This document shows, piece by piece, positions 60,720 to 64,000 of a stretch of 64,000 nucleotides of DNA (positions are counted from its first letter, which is position 1; every line of letters starts with the position of its first letter). The stretch is taken from contig CBDBCR010000003.1 of NCBI GenBank assembly GCA_965203465.1, forward strand, positions 320,001-384,000, read 5' to 3'. The DNA is from Nitrosopumilaceae archaeon. GTDB lineage: Archaea; Thermoproteota; Nitrososphaeria; Nitrososphaerales; Nitrosopumilaceae. Under the pieces are notes generated by a model, which worked only from the letters and a program-made list of their open reading frames with translations, did not search any database and was not told where the DNA came from. The position numbers were made by a program, and so were the translations under genes.

Positions 60720-61220
60720 TCAGTTCGGGAGCCTGGCTTTTATCTGGGACACTTCTTTTTCGAGTTTCATGAGCCTGGAATCGATCATCTCTGCGAGCGA
60801 CGACGGGAGGCCCCTTATCTCGGCGATGGTCTGATCCTGCTTGCCGAGCATCTGATCCTGCTTGCCGAGCATCTGATCCTGCTTTTCCATCAGCATGGCC
60901 ATATACGCGGCGCCCGTTCCAAACCCCTCGGCCATTTCTTGGAGTTGGTCGCCGAGAATTATCTCGAATTTTTTAAACCCCTTCGCCTCAGAGTACTCTA
61001 CGCTCACGTCTTCAGCCACGACCGGCGGCTTCATGGAGCGTATGCCGTCAAGCAGCGCGTCTATGTCGGCCTGGGCTCCCTCGCACGCAATCTCCACCGT
61101 GCCGTCGTCCAAGTTTTTGACGTGCCCCGCCAAGTGCAACCTGACGGCAAGCGCCCTGACGTGGTAGCGGAACCCCACGCCCTGCACCAAGCCGGTTACC
61201 GCGATCTCGGCGTGCTTCAT
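60720..61220 (-). CDS. Acylphosphatase with C-terminal coiled-coil extension
   Basis: VTGLVQGVGFR, GHVKNLDDGTVEI; KQDQMLG heptad repeats. Confidence 0.88.
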   Translation of the reverse strand: MKHAEIAVTGLVQGVGFRYHVRALAVRLHLAGHVKNLDDGTVEIACEGAQADIDALLDGIRSMKPPVVAEDVSVEYSEAKGFKKFEIILGDQLQEMAEGFGTGAAYMAMLMEKQDQMLGKQDQMLGKQDQTIAEIRGLPSSLAEMIDSRLMKLEKEVSQIKARLPN

Positions 61221-61321
61221 GGCGGAGGGCGCGCCCCTGCTCACTTATATTTTCTAGCTCCGGTCTTGAGGCCGTCCGCCTCTGCACACTCGACACGACG
61301 ATGCGCCTTGCGTGGATCCGC

Positions 61322-62230
61322 CTAGTCCGGGCCGAGCCTGCCGGGCAGGTCCAGCACCGATCCGAGCACCATCTCGGCGCCGGCCACTTCGAACATGGCC
61401 CGCCTCCCCTGCGGATCCGGCGTCGAATCTACCACGCCGCAAAACGAGATCCTGCGCCCCGAAGACGATGCGGCCCTCGACATCATGAGGTCCTCCATGG
61501 AGTCGCCCACGTACAGGCAGTTGCGCGATCCCATGGATTCGGCGGCCCGGATCAGCGGGGCCGGGTTCGGCTTTGCGAGCTCGCGCGGCTCGTCCTCCAG
61601 AAACGCAGAGCTGTCGAGGTCGAACGAGGCGAGCATCGGCCCCAGCGAGTGCCGTATCGATTCGAGCCCCCTGCCGGTAACTATGGCCATGCGCCGCCCG
61701 AACGCGCCGCGCAGCCAGTCGAGCAGCTCGCCGGACAGTATCAGCCTGTCGTTTTCTATCATGCCGGGCCCCTCGAAGGCGGACTCTTTTCCGAACATCC
61801 GGCGGTACAGGTCCGGGCCGTAAAAGATCTGGTCGAACACCGAGTACACCGGGTTGGCGCGCCTGTCGCCCAGCTCGCCCAGCCTCGAGACCAGATCGCC
61901 CATCCCGGCCACGCCGCGCAGGCGCTCCAGCACGGATTCTATGCCGGTCCGGTCGGCCGCGTCCGCCGTCTCGAGCAGCACGGCGCGCGCGTCCCTGCCC
62001 TCGGCGTGCGCCGCGTAGCAGCACAGCACGCACGCGTACGTCAGGTCCACCTCGTCGTTGAACCCCCCGCACGCCTTGAACCGGTCTATCACCTGCTTGT
62101 CTATGCGGGCCGATTCGACCCCCGCGTGCTCGCGCAGCACGTGCCTGCACGCAAGGTCCACCACCGCGTCGTACGATTCGGAAATGTCCACCAGGACCCC
62201 GTCGCAGTCGAAGACGGCCGCGTCGTACAT
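61322..62230 (-). CDS. HAD-family hydrolase in the his cluster (possible histidinol-phosphatase)
   Basis: FDCDGVL, VTGR, KPNP, VGDSMED. Confidence 0.85.
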   Translation of the reverse strand: MYDAAVFDCDGVLVDISESYDAVVDLACRHVLREHAGVESARIDKQVIDRFKACGGFNDEVDLTYACVLCCYAAHAEGRDARAVLLETADAADRTGIESVLERLRGVAGMGDLVSRLGELGDRRANPVYSVFDQIFYGPDLYRRMFGKESAFEGPGMIENDRLILSGELLDWLRGAFGRRMAIVTGRGLESIRHSLGPMLASFDLDSSAFLEDEPRELAKPNPAPLIRAAESMGSRNCLYVGDSMEDLMMSRAASSSGRRISFCGVVDSTPDPQGRRAMFEVAGAEMVLGSVLDLPGRLGPD

Positions 62231-62231
62231 G

Positions 62232-63293
62232 TCAGACCAGCAGATCCCGCACGGCCAGCAGAAACCGCGAGTTCATCTCGCGCGTGCCCACGCTCACGCG
62301 CATGCACCCCCGGCGCGAGCCGATCCTGCCCATCCGGCGCACCGATATGCCCTGCTCCAGCAGCGCCGCATATATGCGCGCGGCCGCGCCGCCCGCGTCG
62401 AAGAGCACGAAATTCCCCTGCGAGTCAAAGACCTCGAACGCGGGGTGGCGGCGCAGCTCGCGCACCATGCGGGCCCGCTCGGAGCGCACCTGCCTGGCCG
62501 CCTCCTCGGCCGGCCCCGGGTTCTCGACGGCGGCCAGCGCCGAGGCCAGCGAGAGCGACGATACGGGGTACGGGTACTGGATGACCCTCCGGAACACGCC
62601 TGCCAGCGCCGGCGGCGCGACCATGTACCCCACGCGCAGGCCCGCGAGGCCGTGCGACTTTGAGAGCGTGCCGGTGACCACCACGTTGTCCGACTTTGCG
62701 GCCAGCCGTACCGCCGACGGGCGGCCGAACATCGCGTAGGCCTCGTCTATGACGGCGAGCCCCCCGTACCCGTCCAGGAGCGACTCGATGCGGGCCGGCG
62801 GGAACTGGAACCCGGTCGGGTTGTTGGGCGAATCGAGGTACAGCATCTTGGAGCCGGCCATCTTCGAGCGGAGCAGATCCCCGTCGAGCGTCATGTCGTC
62901 CGAGAAGCGCACGCGCGCGAGCGGCACCCGGTGGAGCCTGCACCGCGCCTCGAAGAACGAAAACGCCGGATCGGGCATGACCAGGCGCGTCCTGGGGCCG
63001 GCAAAAAAGCCCAACATCATGTCGAGCAGTTGGTCCGAGCCGCTGCCCACGCAGACGCACCGCTCCGGCACGCGCAGTTTTTTGGCCAGCGCGCGCGCTA
63101 GCCTGTCCGTCCCCCCCGCCGGGTACGATCTTACGTCGACGGGCGTGGCAGCGCCGAGCGCCTCGTCCTGGTAGCCGCGCGGCACCGCGAAGTTCTCGTT
63201 CGAATCCATGCGCTGCCCGCCGGTGTCCTCCGGCTGCACGTACCCGTCCAGGGCCGCGTACCTTGCGAGGAGCGGCTCGAACCAGCGGCTCAC
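62232..63293 (-). CDS. hisC: Histidinol-phosphate aminotransferase
   Basis: DSNEN, SPNNPTG, IDEAY, TLSKSHGLAGLRVGY. Confidence 0.95.
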   Translation of the reverse strand: MSRWFEPLLARYAALDGYVQPEDTGGQRMDSNENFAVPRGYQDEALGAATPVDVRSYPAGGTDRLARALAKKLRVPERCVCVGSGSDQLLDMMLGFFAGPRTRLVMPDPAFSFFEARCRLHRVPLARVRFSDDMTLDGDLLRSKMAGSKMLYLDSPNNPTGFQFPPARIESLLDGYGGLAVIDEAYAMFGRPSAVRLAAKSDNVVVTGTLSKSHGLAGLRVGYMVAPPALAGVFRRVIQYPYPVSSLSLASALAAVENPGPAEEAARQVRSERARMVRELRRHPAFEVFDSQGNFVLFDAGGAAARIYAALLEQGISVRRMGRIGSRRGCMRVSVGTREMNSRFLLAVRDLLV

Positions 63294-64000
63294 CGCGGCC
63301 TCGCCCTCACGGCCGCCGCGTGTCCAGGCAGCCCCTCGGCGCCCGCGAGCGTGTCCAGATCCTTGCGTATGCGGCGCAGCGCCTCGCTGCCGGCCCGCAC
63401 GCGCGTGACCTGCTTTACAAAGTCGCGCGGCGAGAGCGGCCCCCTCGCGCGGGCCGTCCCCGAAGTGGGCAGTATGTGGTTGGAGCCGAGCAGGTAGTCG
63501 CTGGCGGCCGACGGGGTGCCGTCCAGCAGTATCAGGCCCGGGCCCGTCACGTCGTCCCAGTCGCCCTCGCCGAATATCTGCAGGTGCTCGGGGGCTATCT
63601 CGTTGGCCGCCCGGATCATCTGGCCCTTGTCGCGGCAGACGGCCACAAAGCTCGAAGAGAGGCCCTGCTCCACCTCCCGGCGGCGCTCTGCCGCGCCGGC
63701 GAGGTGCTCCACGCGCTCGCGCAAAAGCTTGGCCACGCTCTCCGAGGTGGTCAGCGCGAAGCAGAGCGTGCCGGGGCCGTGCTCCGCCTGCGATACGATG
63801 TCGAGCGCGGCGAATTCGGCGTCGTCCCTGGAGGTCAGTATCACCCCCAGCTCGGTCGGGCCGGCGGTCATGTCCGTCTCCACGTCGCCCGAGACCAGCC
63901 GCTTGGCCGCGGCCACGTACGGGCCCCCCGGCCCGACCACCTTTGCCACGCGGCGTATCGTCTCGGTCCCGTACGCCAGGGCCGCCACTGCCTGCGCGCC
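63290..64000 (-). CDS. hisD: Histidinol dehydrogenase (5' part outside window)
   Basis: ALAYGTETI, GPGGPYV, AGPTE, SQAEH, APEHL, GSNHILPT. Confidence 0.95.
   Translation of the reverse strand, partial: GAQAVAALAYGTETIRRVAKVVGPGGPYVAAAKRLVSGDVETDMTAGPTELGVILTSRDDAEFAALDIVSQAEHGPGTLCFALTTSESVAKLLRERVEHLAGAAERRREVEQGLSSSFVAVCRDKGQMIRAANEIAPEHLQIFGEGDWDDVTGPGLILLDGTPSAASDYLLGSNHILPTSGTARARGPLSPRDFVKQVTRVRAGSEALRRIRKDLDTLAGAEGLPGHAAAVRARPR

Noticed and set aside
1-64000. tRNA or rRNA genes
   Set aside because: No cloverleaf or rRNA-like stretch recognised by eye, including at the element ends; a tRNAscan-SE run would be needed to exclude them.

Overview
High-GC archaeal DNA whose housekeeping genes (uS15/S13e-DHH-Pcc1-serS, MptE, TatC, NadA/NadX, HisC/HisD) point to Nitrososphaerota (Nitrosopumilaceae/Cenarchaeum-like); the taxon is inferred, not searched. 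The left end holds a >2,200-aa FG-GAP surface protein gene running off the window and an IS110 element whose non-coding end carries an exact match to its own reconstructed target. The centre is a ~25.1-kb integrated element (11513-36637) bounded by a 7-bp CGCGCAG repeat. It splits a GHKL-ATPase gene that rejoins in frame on excision, and excision would also place a TATA box in front of its tyrosine integrase. The element carries an actin-like ATPase, a VirD4/HerA-like ATPase-nuclease fusion, iteron-like arrays, several nucleases, and an Ssp-type phosphorothioation cluster extended with an SF2 helicase and a MORC-like ATPase. The right third is mostly housekeeping, with a TA pair, a triple solute-binding protein and a UvrD-nuclease-SWIM fusion. 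All family calls are motif recognition by eye.
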